Source of the DNA: Octopus sinensis
Lineage: Eukaryota
DNA length: 64,000 nt
NCBI RefSeq assembly: GCF_006345805.1
Contig: NC_043013.1
Location: 32,612,001-32,676,000 of the forward strand
Reading direction: 5' to 3'
The position numbers and the translations under genes were made by a program. Positions within the stretch are counted from its first letter, which is position 1. Each line of letters begins with the position of its first letter. Under the pieces are notes generated by a model. That model did no database searches. It was given only the letters and a program-made list of their open reading frames with translations, and had not been told where the DNA came from. Below, piece by piece: positions 13,354-25,242 of the stretch.

Positions 13354-13640
13354 GAAGGCGCAATGGCCCAGTGGATTTGCAGTCGTAGGATCGCGGTTTC
13401 GATTCCCAGACCGGGCGTTGAGTGTTTGTTGAGCGAAAACACATAAAGCTCCATGAGGCTCCGGCAGGGGGTGGTGGCGATCCCTGCTGTACTCTTTCGC
13501 CACAACTTTCTCTCACTCTGTCTTCTGTTGGCCTGCTCGCTTAGCCAGCAGGGTGGTGTCATTTGAAGGCTAAAACAATGCAAAACGCTTTCTGACCAGC
13601 GATGTGTAGCAACATCTGATAGCCTGGTCGGTCATGGTGA
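13353..13640 (+). mobile_element. tRNA-derived SINE (family E here)
   Basis: Head gaaggcgcaatggcccagtgg...gtttcgattccc; inverted copy at about 21195-21412. Confidence 0.8.
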
Positions 13641-14141
13641 TATATATATATATATATCATCATCATCATCATCGTTTAACATCTTCCTTCCATGCTGGCA
13701 TGGGCGGGATGGATCCGACAAGAGCCAGCTGGCCAGGCAGAAGCCTGCACTAGACTTCTGTAACTGTTTTAGCAGGATTTTTACAGCTGGATGCCCTTCC
13801 TAACACCCACCACTCAGCAGTGGTTATGGAAGATGGAAGATACAAGAATTTTTATTAATCACTGTAATTGTTTTGACCCATCTAGCATTGTATGTATGCA
13901 TGTATGTCTATACATATCCATATTTGTATGTATGTATATTTATGCATAAATATACATATCAACAGATGATTTGAGGTTCACTACAACTGTTTCAGACATG
14001 TTCTCTTGAGCCTACAGTGGACTGTACACATTAGTAGTGCACATGTGCGCTATTCCTCACTCTACCTTGGTGCCTTTGTTATTCAAATACCTTGATTCTA
14101 TCAGATCCTGAAAATCTTATGATATAAATATATATATTGAT

Positions 14142-14582
14142 GGCATGTAAAAAGCACCATTTGAGCATGGTCAATGCCAGTGCCACCTGATTGGCTCCCG
14201 TGCTCGTGGCACGTAAAAAGCACTATTCGAGCATTGTCAATCCCAGTGTCACCTGATTGGCTCCCATACTCGTGGTACATAAAAAGCACCATTTGAGCAT
14301 GATCAATGCCAGTGTCACCTGATTGGCTCCCATACTCGTGGTACATAAAAAGCACCATTTGAGCATGGTCGATGCCAGTGCCACCTGACTGGCCGCCATG
14401 CTGTTGGCACATAAAAAGCACCCACTACACTCTTGGAGTGGTTGGCATTAGGAAGGGCATCCAGCTGTGGAAACCTTGCCAGATCAGATTGGAGCCTGGT
14501 GCACCTCCTGGCTTGCCAGTCCTCAGTCAAAATGTCCAACTCATGCTAGCATGGAAAGTGGGCATTAAGCTATGATGATGAT
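14142..14582 (+). repeat. 66-bp tandem repeat (4+ units) fused to a SINE 3' tail
   Basis: Anchor at 14154, 14220, 14286, 14352, 14418; same tail as 3535-3920. Confidence 0.88.
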
Positions 14583-15927
14583 GAGAAAAGGAGAGAGCGC
14601 GACAGAGGTGTTCTTCCATCAAAGTTTAAGCCCTCTCTTGTTCACCATACTGAAATATTCCACAGTTTGAATTCTTTCACATTTTGCATCTATTTTCATC
14701 TTTTTCTGACAGATTACTGAAATGATATACCTACTGGAGGGCACTAAAGAGATGAGCAACAAGTTTTGAGCTTATACAACTATTTAATATCAGTTCATTT
14801 TATCAGGCTTGAAATGTGTGACTTCAATGGCAGCTATATTTTTCTGCATCTTTTGAATTATTAAGCTGTGGTGGGCATATAATACGATATCTATGCAGTT
14901 GGTATTTATATTCTTATAACGTTTATGAAACTGATAACTGTTGAAAATGGCCTTTGCTCTTCATCAGGCATCTTGTTTCTGAATGTCAGAGTGCCAAAAA
15001 TGCCATTGAACTAACAACCCTTAACAGCTAAGGGCTGTTTGGCGGCTGGTGGAATGGGGGTATTTTTTAGAGTGTTAATCTATTAAAGTGGGTTTTTTTT
15101 TTTTATATTGTATGTGAAGGAGGGCTATGTAGTTAACCTGATCTCAAAGCAAGATGTGATAATGGCGATGGGATGAGCAAACAATATAGGTGAATAGTTA
15201 GTAGTTACTGGAGTGTGAAGTAGTGGTTTCATCATATAGTCTACTCGGAGTTGAATATCAGTAACCTAGCACTGAATATGCAGCAACAGTAGTTGTTTTT
15301 GTTGTTTAGCACCATGTAAGGAAACCTTGGTTGTTTAGCACCAACCAAGCAGACCTATAACCAAAGATATTCCATCATTGATCAGTCAGCATTTTTTTTG
15401 GTCCCATTTTTAGATAGTAAGATCTGGTTTTAGCTGATATTTCTAGCAAGCTATATGACTTCATTGAGGTGTCTTTATGAGCTCAACTTTCAGATGAAAG
15501 GCAAACGCCTGAACTCTTCTACAAATTCTACTATAGACTGATTATTGCCGGCACAAGCTTTTACCAGCTTTGCTAGCTCTCAGATTTTTATCTGACACAC
15601 AATTATATATATATATAAATGTGCTTCTAAATTAAATAAATTTTTTTTTTTAATTGATTTATTTAGCTTGTACATTAATTGTGAAACTAGTTTTGTATTG
15701 ACCACAATAACTAATAAAATAGACTTCATCTATCTCACTTGCCTTACATCATTTTCATACCAAGGAGAAAAGTCCATTTATTTTTATTTTATTTTAATTT
15801 TTTTTAAACAACGGCCATTCAGCACATTGGAGTTCGGCTTTAGCTGTTCTTTTTTCCCTCTCTTTGTCTTTGTGTGTGTATGTATTCATGGGATTCTTAA
15901 TTTGGTAGTTTTTTTTTCTTTTCACAG

Positions 15928-16000
15928 AAACAGATGTTAAAACACTTGAAAAACAAGAAATGCACCCGCCGGCATCTGTTCCTCTAAGTCAAATTTTAAG
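15928..16000 (+). CDS. JAZF1: JAZF1 coding exon (first one visible; the upstream ZnF1 exon is not in the window)
   Basis: ttcacag acceptor and gtaag donor; 73 nt. Encodes (E)TDVKTLEKQEMHPPASVPLSQIL(R), matching vertebrate JAZF1 DTDPRVLEKQELQQPTYVALSYINR. Confidence 0.9.
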
Positions 16001-17019
16001 GTAAGTCTTGAATTGAATTCACACACATACACATACACACACCACACACACACACACACACATCACATTTACTTTTCTATAATTTGACACTATTTTAACT
16101 GGAAAACCTGGGGTATGACTTACACAGGTGCAAAGCTAAAACTGTAAAGGGAAAACATTTTGTACCAAGATTTATCACTAAACTAGGGATGCACTTCATA
16201 CATGAATAAATACAGTATGCATGTGTGTGTGTGTGTGTGAGGTGGGACTGGAAAGTTCCTGGCTTTAAAGGTATCGCAATGGCCACAGTCTAATAACTGA
16301 AAAAAATAAAAGAATAAAAAATGCTGTATGTTTGGTGCTGCTGTCCACTTCATGGTCAGTATAAAAAAAAAAAAAAACAAAGCAAAAACGAAAAATATTA
16401 ACGCATTCTAAAAAGTATTGTAACTTGTTATATAGGTGCAGGTGTGGCTGTGTGATAAGAAGCTTGCTTCCCAACCACATGGTTCTGGGTTCAGTCCCAC
16501 TGCAAGGCACTGTGGGCAAGTGTTTCTAATATAGCCTCAGGGTGACCAAAGCCTTGTGAGTGGATTTGGTAGATGGAAACTGAAAGAAGTTCTTGATACA
16601 CATCATTATCATCTTCATTTGACGTCTGTCTTCCATGCTGGCATGGGTTGGACAGTTTCACTGGAGCTAGCCAAGTAGAAGACTACACCAGGCTACTGTG
16701 TCTGTTTTGGCATGATTTTTATGGTTGGATGCTCTTCCTAACACCAAACAACCTGTGTGTCTTTGTGTCTATGTTTGTCCCTCCATCACTGCTTGACATC
16801 TGGAGTTGGTGTGTTTACATCCTCTTAGTGGTTTGGCAAAAGAGTCCAACAGGATAAGTAATAGACTTAAAAAGAAAAATAAGTCCTGGGGTCGATTAGT
16901 TCAACGGAAAACCTTCCAGGCAGTGCTCCAGCATGGCTGCAATCATTTGACTGAAACAAGTAAAAGAATGAAAGAATATATATATATTCTAATCCTTATT
17001 TTGTAACTTTTGTTTGCAG

Positions 17020-17111
17020 AATATCAGCAGATGCTGCTAAAAGGGCACAAGCTGAGTTGATCCGAAAGCGGTCCCGTGCTCAATCCCCCGTGTGTTCTCC
17101 TTCAAATAATG
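17020..17111 (+). CDS. JAZF1: JAZF1 coding exon
   Basis: ttgcag/gtaag; 92 nt, phase-compatible. Encodes ISADAAKRAQAELIRKRSRAQSPVCSPSNN (cf. FMTDAARREQESLKKK). Confidence 0.88.
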
Positions 17112-17222
17112 GTAAGTGATTATCAACTAGATATGATATACCTAAAAGACAAACTGGTGCTGTAAGCAATCTGTTTTCATTCAGATAGTGAAATATCACG
17201 GTTATATCCTGTCTACATATAC

Positions 17223-17785
17223 CAGGGGTCAGTAAACCGGAGTAAATTACCCCAAGTGGGGTAAAACTAAAATTCTTGTGGGTAATGAGGATTCATTAGA
17301 TATAAGTAAAATTATACAAAAAAACATGTTCTTTGTTTCAACAAAAATTTTAATTCTGGCATGATGAGGCACCTAAAAAGTTGCTGCTTTTTACAACAAC
17401 CTACCTTTGCAAACAAGAATTTTCCACTCTAATGAACAAAAACAAAGCAGAGTAATCAATTGGACCCCAAAGACTGTATCCAAATTCTTTTGGCATCAGA
17501 GTGTCCCAATTTTGATGTAATTGTAACAAAAACGAAACATCATTTCTCCAAAACCTGAAGTTTCTTGAAAAATCCTTTTGTTTGATAATAAGGATTTTAA
17601 TCTATTTTATCACATTTGTTTTATGCTTTTTATTTATAATTGTATTCTCTGTATAAATAGATTCAATAAATCTTTTGAATTCAAAGAATCTAGGATTTTC
17701 TTCCTTTTCAAATCAAACAGGTAAAGTTGACATAAATAAGTATATTTTGAGGGTAACTGGTTAAAAAAACTTCCACAACCCCCTG
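17223..17785. mobile_element. Non-autonomous hAT-type DNA transposon
   Basis: Termini CAGGGG...CCCCTG with 8-bp flanks ACATATAC / ACATATGC (7 of 8 match), as expected for a hAT target-site duplication. Confidence 0.7.
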
Positions 17786-18957
17786 ACATATGCAATATTT
17801 TCCAGACAATAGTTTACAACCAGAACAGTTAGATCATCTTATACACCAAGACGACTTCAGAGGACCAAAAATTCCATGTGAAATGCAGCAGGATTTGGGA
17901 AAATAGAAATACAATGTTTGAATGTTTACCTTATATACTACATCGACATGTATAATAGAAAACTGGTACTTGATGCAGAGTCAGGTGACAACGAGTTTGA
18001 AGTGAAAGTAACAAGTTTAAACATTTCTCGGAGTGCAAACTTGTATCCAGCTTATTCCAGATTGGTTTGACTAGAATAGAATCCAACGTTCAGAATTGGA
18101 ATAACTGGAATGGTATATCCCTATTCATGATAATAATGATATGATTATGTTTTTGTTTTGCAAGATTCCTGATGTAAAATTGTGTATTGAAACAGCTAAC
18201 AACATGATTGCAATAATACCTCAGACTAAAAGACTGGAGTTTTAAGAATGCATTCTAATCTTTGTTCTAGAGTGAGAGATAGAATCTCGAACCCATAACT
18301 AGAGTTAGATACTTCGTATATAGTGAGTCAAAAAAGTTTTTATTAAAATTCTACCCTTAATCAAGATGAAAAAAAATGCAAAACACCGAATTGATGTATA
18401 CGCGTTAAGAAAAAGAAGGGAGACAACCAAATATTCCCCCACAAGGAAACTAGAATAGCAGCACATTTTAAAAACTAAGGAAGTACAAACCAAGGACAGA
18501 TAAGACTTTTGTATTTGCTTTTCAACAGTCAGATTGGAACCTTAGAACAACAGATACAGCCAGAAATTTTCTAATGTCTGGTATAAATGGACAATAGTCA
18601 CAAGAGTGGGAATGGTATTAAGATATCAGCTGGTACATGTTTAAGGATGTAATTTGAGGTATACTTTCTGAGCAGATAAAAAGAAAACAAAAAAAGACAT
18701 GGTCAAACCTAAGGTCTGCTCTGTCAAGAATGATTTGGAACTAAACAACAATAGGCTTCACTCACAACTATTTTGAATTCACAGTCAGAATGACATCCAG
18801 CCACAGAAACAGTTGCTCATACGATGTACCAGTATCAAAATTTGAATAGCAAACAATAATGTATTCTGTTTTATGAGAAATGGATGTAAAATAAGTGAAA
18901 CATTTCTGTAACTTTAATCAAATTTTCAGAACTCTTATTCTTCTTATTCTTTCACAG

Positions 18958-19056
18958 AAGTCAACCATTCCAAAACTGCTCTTGTGTTGAACGTTGAACC
19001 ATCTAGCATGCAGTCATCGCCAACTACTACTTATACGCGAAGTAACTCTACGACAG
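18958..19056 (+). CDS. JAZF1: JAZF1 coding exon (S/T-rich linker)
   Basis: ttcacag/gttggt; 99 nt; phases fit both neighbours. Encodes (E)VNHSKTALVLNVEPSSMQSSPTTTYTRSNSTT(G), ending like vertebrate RSSTPTG. Confidence 0.8.
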
Positions 19057-19573
19057 GTTGGTAACAGGCCATGTTCTGTTTGTTTAATTTGCTACATAAT
19101 GTTTTGTTGTTCTTTTTTTTTTTTTTACTTTGCACGTTCTTCAAACGTTGAGCCTCATGGATGCAGTAACAAGTGACTGGGACTTTTGGCGATATGCTGT
19201 GCTTGAGAAGACCTGTTAAGCCAAGTGAAACTATAGTTGTGGCCAATGCTAGTGTCATGTGACAGACACCCATGCCAGTGGCATGTAAAAAGCACCCTTC
19301 GGACATTGGGCCTCACGGAGACAATGATAAGTGACCAAGACCTTTGGCAATATGCTGTGCTTGAGAAGACTTGTCCAGCCGAGTGAAATCTTAGTTGTGG
19401 TCAATGTTGGTGTTACATAGCTGGCACCCATGCTGATGGCGTGTAAGAAGCACTCATTACACTCTCTGGAATGGTTGGATTAGGAAGGGCATCCAGCCGT
19501 AGAAACTATGCCAAATCAGATTGGAACCTGGTGTAGCTCTCCAGCTTACCAATTTCAGTCAAACCGTCTAACC

Positions 19574-20024
19574 CAGCGTTTCTCAACAGCAGTTCCACAA
19601 AAAGTTCCTAGGGGTTTCATGAGAAAGAGTGAAATCAGCTAATGCTAATTTCATGATTGTAATATTACTTTACATGCATAACATGTTATTGGTTATTCTA
19701 ATATAGACATCATCCTATCTAACCTATTATGTTATCAAAAAAAATATAACAACCATTGTAATAATAATAATAATATTAGGGGAAATGATTCCAAACTTAC
19801 AGGGAAAAATTCAATTTACTAAATTAAATTTCACACTATATAATACGTGTATATAAATAAGAAAATATAATTGAAAACATGTGTAGTCTATTTACTAATT
19901 ATATACTATTTATTTAGTTTTAGGTAAATGTTTTATTGTATCTTTATTTTTTTCTATATGATATGATTTAAGTATATCATTGTTGATTTGCTTCATGGTG
20001 GTTCTTCTCTAATTTATATGCATG

Positions 20025-20078
<54 letters not shown>

Positions 20079-20200
20079 TTCACCATGTGAACTACAATGA
20101 AAAAAATATGAGAAAGATATGATATACATTTTTTTTTTTTGCAGGGGTTCCTTGAGACATGTAATTTATTCTAAGGGTTACACAAGGGTAAAAAGGTTGG
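19574..20200. mobile_element. hAT/Charlie-like non-autonomous element inserted into a SINE tail
   Basis: Begins cagcgtttctcaac and ends aaaaggttg (truncated TIR); splits the SINE motif aaaccgtc..aaccc / atgccagcatgg. Confidence 0.5.
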
Positions 20201-21474
20201 TCCAGCCCATGCCAGCATGGATGATAATGAGTCATGAGATACTAGAGCAAGAATCTTCTGCTATCATAGCATCATGGCCTCGTGAGAGAAACGAGTAGAC
20301 ATTAACTCTGTGGAATCTCCTTAGTTGGTCTATATTCTAGTGCGATTAAGAGCAGTAGCTCAGCAGAATTCACTGTAATTAGACTACAGTCCATTGAACA
20401 GCTAGTTCCATTGATTGAACTACTGGAGCACACGTTGTCAAAAACTGATGTTTTTATTTATTTATTTATTTATTTATTTTACTTGTTTCAGTCATTGGAC
20501 TGTGGCCATGCTGGGGCACCACCTTGAAGTTGTTTGCAGTGAAACAAATCGATCTCAGTCCCAGTATTATTTTGTCTAGTACATACTGTATCGGCCTTTT
20601 TTTGCTGAACCAATAGCTTATGAGAATGTAAATAAACCAACACCGGTTGCTTTGTTGGGTGACAAACACACACACACACACATACACACACACACACACA
20701 TACATATGTACACACATATATACAATGGGCTTCCACACAGTTTCCATTTACCAAATTCACTAACAAGGCATTGGTTGGCTCTGAGATATAATAGAAGACT
20801 TGCCCAAGGTGCTGTACTGTGGGGTTGAACCAGAAACCATGTAGTTGCAAAGCAAATTTATGTACCTATCAGCCATGCCTATGCTTGTATTAACCTTCCT
20901 TTTATTGAAGTCAATATATTTTGTTGAAGTTGTTGTTCTTCTTCCAATTAGGGCTCACGCCATTAGCCACAAAGAATAATCTCTAATTCGAGCCTACTCT
21001 AAGCTACTAAAATGCGTGTGGCAACTTGAAGATCCACCCACTACACGCGATAGACTAGCGGTTGCACGGGCGCAAAAGCTACGTTGTTATCCTCATTCTG
21101 TAAACGGTGGCTTTTAACGGGTGACTTTTAACAGGTACAGAGGACTCGCAATCTAAACTAGGGTCTGAAAGTTTACCAGACCATAGTGGGTTACACCATG
21201 GTTCCTCTGCTTTGTGGTAGAAGTAGGAAGAAAGAGTGAGAGAAAGTTGTGGTGAAAGAGTACAGCGGGGTTCACCCCCACCCCCACCGGAGCCTCGTGG
21301 AGCTTAGGTTTTTTTGCTCAATAAACACTCACAATGCCCGGTCTGGGAATTGAAACAGTGTTCTTACGACCACAAGTCCGCTGCCCTAACCACTGGGCCA
21401 TTGCACCTCCACTGAAGTTGTTGTTGCTGTTGTTGTCGTTGTCATAGCACTGCTATTGTTATGTTGTTTTTCAG

Positions 21475-21568
21475 GAAGTGAATTTGATGAAGAAGAAGTA
21501 AGTGAGAATGAAGACAGTGATGATTCTTGGACCAATCAAGAAGAGTTCTCGTCTGATCTAATTTTAAG
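21475..21568 (+). CDS. JAZF1: JAZF1 coding exon (acidic segment)
   Basis: tttcag/gttag; 94 nt. Encodes SEFDEEEVSENEDSDDSWTNQEEFSSDLIL (cf. SEYDEEEVDYEESDSDESWTTESAISSEAIL). Confidence 0.93.
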
Positions 21569-22966
21569 GTTAGTTAAAATTCTGTTCTTTAACCCAATAG
21601 CATTATAATTATCCTGTCAAATGTAATGCCTATTTAGTCACAGTGTTTCCAATTAGTCACGCTTTATCTCATAGCTTTGAGATTTTTGAGGATGTAATTG
21701 TCTATTTTTAGACTGACATTGTAGGGTAAGTGTGGGAGGCTGGATCTGACCTGACAAGGACAAGAAAGCTCAAAATCACGTGATCTAGTGGTCTTGGTGC
21801 TGGAGGTGGTGGTGATTTATCTCCCCACTAATGATGTAAACAAGAATGCATTTTGCACCAAAACCTAATAGGAGGGTATCTCTCGTGGTATGTGCTGCAG
21901 TATAGTCTGTTCTAACAGAACATCCAAGTTTAAGTGGAGATAAATATTCTCGGTATTAATACTGCCTCTGTCGCCAATAAATATACTGTAACAAGCACTC
22001 TGTAAAGTGGTTGGTGTTAAGAAAGGTATCCAGTCATAGAAACCATGCCAAAGCAGGCAGAGCCTTGTGCAGTCTTTTGACTTGCCAACTCTTGTCAAAC
22101 CAACCCAAGGGGAATGGACTTTAACTCTTTAGCATTCAGATTAGTTTGTTAATTATAATGCTAATTTATTCACATTGTTTTGAAGTTCATCATACACTGT
22201 CTTGTAGCTTTTTAGATTTTGATTATGTGTTTGTTTACTGGTCAGTCTCAACATAAAGCAAGTAGAATATTTGGATCTTTACTTCTTGACCGGTAGATTT
22301 AGAAAATAACTTTTTGTAACTAAACACTTTCAAACTTCAGGCACTGGTAGAATGTGTCACATCTTTTACTCTTAGCGTTTTTGAGAAAAGTTTATATTTA
22401 CGATGTCATTTTGTGTTAAAGTTGTCGTATTTCGGTAATTTCAACCAATCAATGACGTGTATTCAGCTGAATAAAATTACTGCTGTTGATTGTCAACAAC
22501 AATTATTGGCGGTGTATATTTCGTTTGTCACTGATATTTATGACATATTGGCGTTAGGAAGGGCATCCAGCCGTAGAAACATGGCCAGATCTGTCTGGGC
22601 CTGATGCGGCCTTCCGGCTTCACAGACCCCAGTTGAACCGTCCAACCCATGCTAGCATGGAAAGCGGACGCTAAATGATGATGATGATGATGATGATTTC
22701 ATCTCAGTTACGTTTGTATAAATAAACGAGTGTATCTGAAGCTTGTTTACTTTATGGCACCACCATAAGTATCCGAAGTTTGAAAGTGTTTAGTTACAAA
22801 AAATTAATTTCTTGATCTGCTGTTCAAACGGAAAAGATCCGAATATTTGGTCCAGATATGGTCAGTTTGAATGCTAAAGGGTTAAACCAATAACGAGGCA
22901 ATACAGGTTGTTTAAATCCTAACCAGTGTATTTTACTGGTTGATCTTTTTTTTTTTTCCTTCACAG

Positions 22967-23095
22967 CATGAAGAACATGAAAGAAGTGGATGGAGATAAA
23001 CCATTTGGATGTCCTGTACCTGGTTGTAAAAAACGGTATAAGAATATCAATGGAATCAAGTACCATGCGCGACATGGTCACCGCAAGGATGCACG
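22967..23095 (+). CDS. JAZF1: JAZF1 coding exon, C2H2 zinc finger 2
   Basis: tcacag/gtatg; 129 nt. Encodes MKNMKEVDGDKPFGCPVPGCKKRYKNINGIKYHARHGHRKDA(R), nearly identical to the JAZF1 KPFACPVPGCKKRYKNVNGIKYHAKNGH finger. Confidence 0.96.
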
Positions 23096-24507
23096 GTATG
23101 GAACAAACTCGCTTTTTATTCCTTACAGCAGATTTTGCTCATGGCTTGATTTTTTTTTTCCTTTTTTTTTTTTTTTCCTTATTTCACTCACTGTGTATAA
23201 AGTTAAAATATAGATATGTTTCATAAAAAAAAATGTATGGCCTCATGGAAGCGACAACAAGTGACTGAGACCTTTGGTGATATTCTGTGCTTGAAGAAGC
23301 TTCATCAAGCCAAGTGAAACCATAGTCATGGCCATTGCACCCGTGAAATTGTAATTTTGGCTGTTGCTGGTGTCGTGTAAATGGCACCCATGCTGGTGGC
23401 ATGTAAAATGCACCCATTACACTCTCGGAGTGCTTGGTGTTAGGAAGGACATCCAGCTGTAGAAAACCATGCCAAACCAGACTGGAACCTGGTGCAGCTC
23501 TCCAGCTTAACCAGTTCCAGGCTGGATGCCCTTCCTAACTCCAACCCTTCCAAGATCGTAATGGGTGTTAGTTATGTGAGGCCTAAAGTTTGAAGGGTGC
23601 TTTTAATGTGTCACTGGCACAGGTACCAGTTATGTGACACTGGCATGTCTTGTATGTAAGTCTATATGTATGTATGTCTCTGTATGTCTATCTGTATGTC
23701 TGTCTGTATGTATGTATGTGGCTTAGTGGTTAGGGTATTCGACTCATGGTTGTAAGATTGTGGGTTCAATTCCTTGAGCAAGAGGCCTTATTTTACATTG
23801 CTCCAGTTTATTCAGCTGGCAAAACTGAGTTGTACCTGTATTTCAAGGGGGCCAGCCTTCTCACATCCTGTGTCACACTGAATCTCTCTGAGAACTACAT
23901 TAAGGGCATGCATGTCTGTTGAGTACTCAGCCACTTGCACATTAATTTCATGAGCAGGTTGTTGTGTTGATTAGATCAACTGGAACCCCCCTTATTGTCA
24001 TAACTGATGGGGGCCAGTTAGTTAAGTTGTGTGTATGTGTGTATGTATTTGCAGCATAATCAAATGGTTAAGGCGTTCGCTCTGATGCCACGACATGATA
24101 TTTCGGACAAGTGTCTTTTTGTCATGATGTTGGATCGACCCAACCTTTGTGAGTGAAAAATAAGTTGATGGATATTGTGCAGAAGCCTGTTGGATAGATT
24201 GTATTTCAAAGATCTGACCTTGTCACCCACTATTCTACTCATTCAGCCTGAGAATTATGTTAAGGTTACATGTGTCTGTGGAATTTTTCAACCATAATGA
24301 ACAACCGAATGCTAATTATTGAAACCAGTTGAGATCAATCTGTGCATGTGTGTGTGTGTGTACATATATGTATGTATGTTTGAATACGAATTTATATTTA
24401 TGGATGTATATGTATGTATATCTGTGTATGTATATGTATGTATATTTATGTATGGATGGATGGATGTATATGCATGCACATTTGTGTATGAATATGTATG
24501 TGTGAAT

Positions 24508-24540
<33 letters not shown>

Positions 24541-24719
24541 TCTGTCTCTACCTGTCTATTTATCTAACTATCTTAATCTCTCTTTATCTATCTACCTATC
24601 TTTATCTTTCTACCTATGTATGTATATATGTATGTACATATGTATGTACATATGTATATTAGCTGTATCCAATAAAAATGAAAAGCATGTTTATTGATAT
24701 ATTTCTTTGGCATTTTCAG

Positions 24720-25242
24720 AGTGAGGAAAGGTTACCGGTGTCACTGTGGAAAAAGCTACAAAACTCCTCAAGGATTACGCAGTCACAACATTAACCACCA
24801 TCCTGCGTTTGACATTCTCTCTTTATCACAACAGAACTGCACACCACAACAACAAGTGCAGTCCTTACAACTGCCAACACAACAACAACCACCACAACAA
24901 CAACAACCACAGCAACAACAACAGCAGCAGCAGCCACCGGTGCGACCAACACATTTGACGGTGTCGCCAGCCAAGCCCTCTGCTGCACAACTGACTTGCA
25001 CAACTTCGACGGCTGCCGTCAGTACGCCTTCGATTACGCCAACAAATCTCACATCAGTTAGCCCATCATTAGCTGCTGCCCTTTCGCAGACAATGCTAAC
25101 ACAATCTCAGCTGATGGCACAGCTGCCGTCCGGCATTCCTTCAATGTCAGTTCCGTCAGCTAATTCTGCTCCGTCTGTTGGTCATGTTCAGTTGATTGGC
25201 CAACAGGCTGCGCTCGTCACTACTGCAGCGTATGAGAAGTGA
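24720..25242 (+). CDS. JAZF1: JAZF1 last coding exon: C2H2 zinc finger 3 plus polyQ/PST-rich tail
   Basis: ttttcag acceptor. VRKGYRCHCGKSYKTPQGLRSHNINHH (cf. VRKPFKCRCGKSYKTAQGLRHHTINFH), then open to TGA at 25240-25242. Confidence 0.93.

Noticed and set aside
13970-14040. Possible minimal hammerhead (CTCAAGA...GAAAC AGTT GTA on -); also CTGATGA at about 14965(-) and 38975(+)
   Set aside because: Core is mutated or GAAA is misplaced, and stem I does not pair; at most dead Penelope relics.
14805-14860. MCDFNG / MAAIFFC as a possible JAZF1 first exon
   Set aside because: Stops follow immediately, and there is no C2H2 finger or suitable donor.
24746-25052. Poly-C, poly-V and poly-N ORFs overlapping the last JAZF1 exon
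   Set aside because: Alternative-frame and antisense readings of the CAA/CAG tract.
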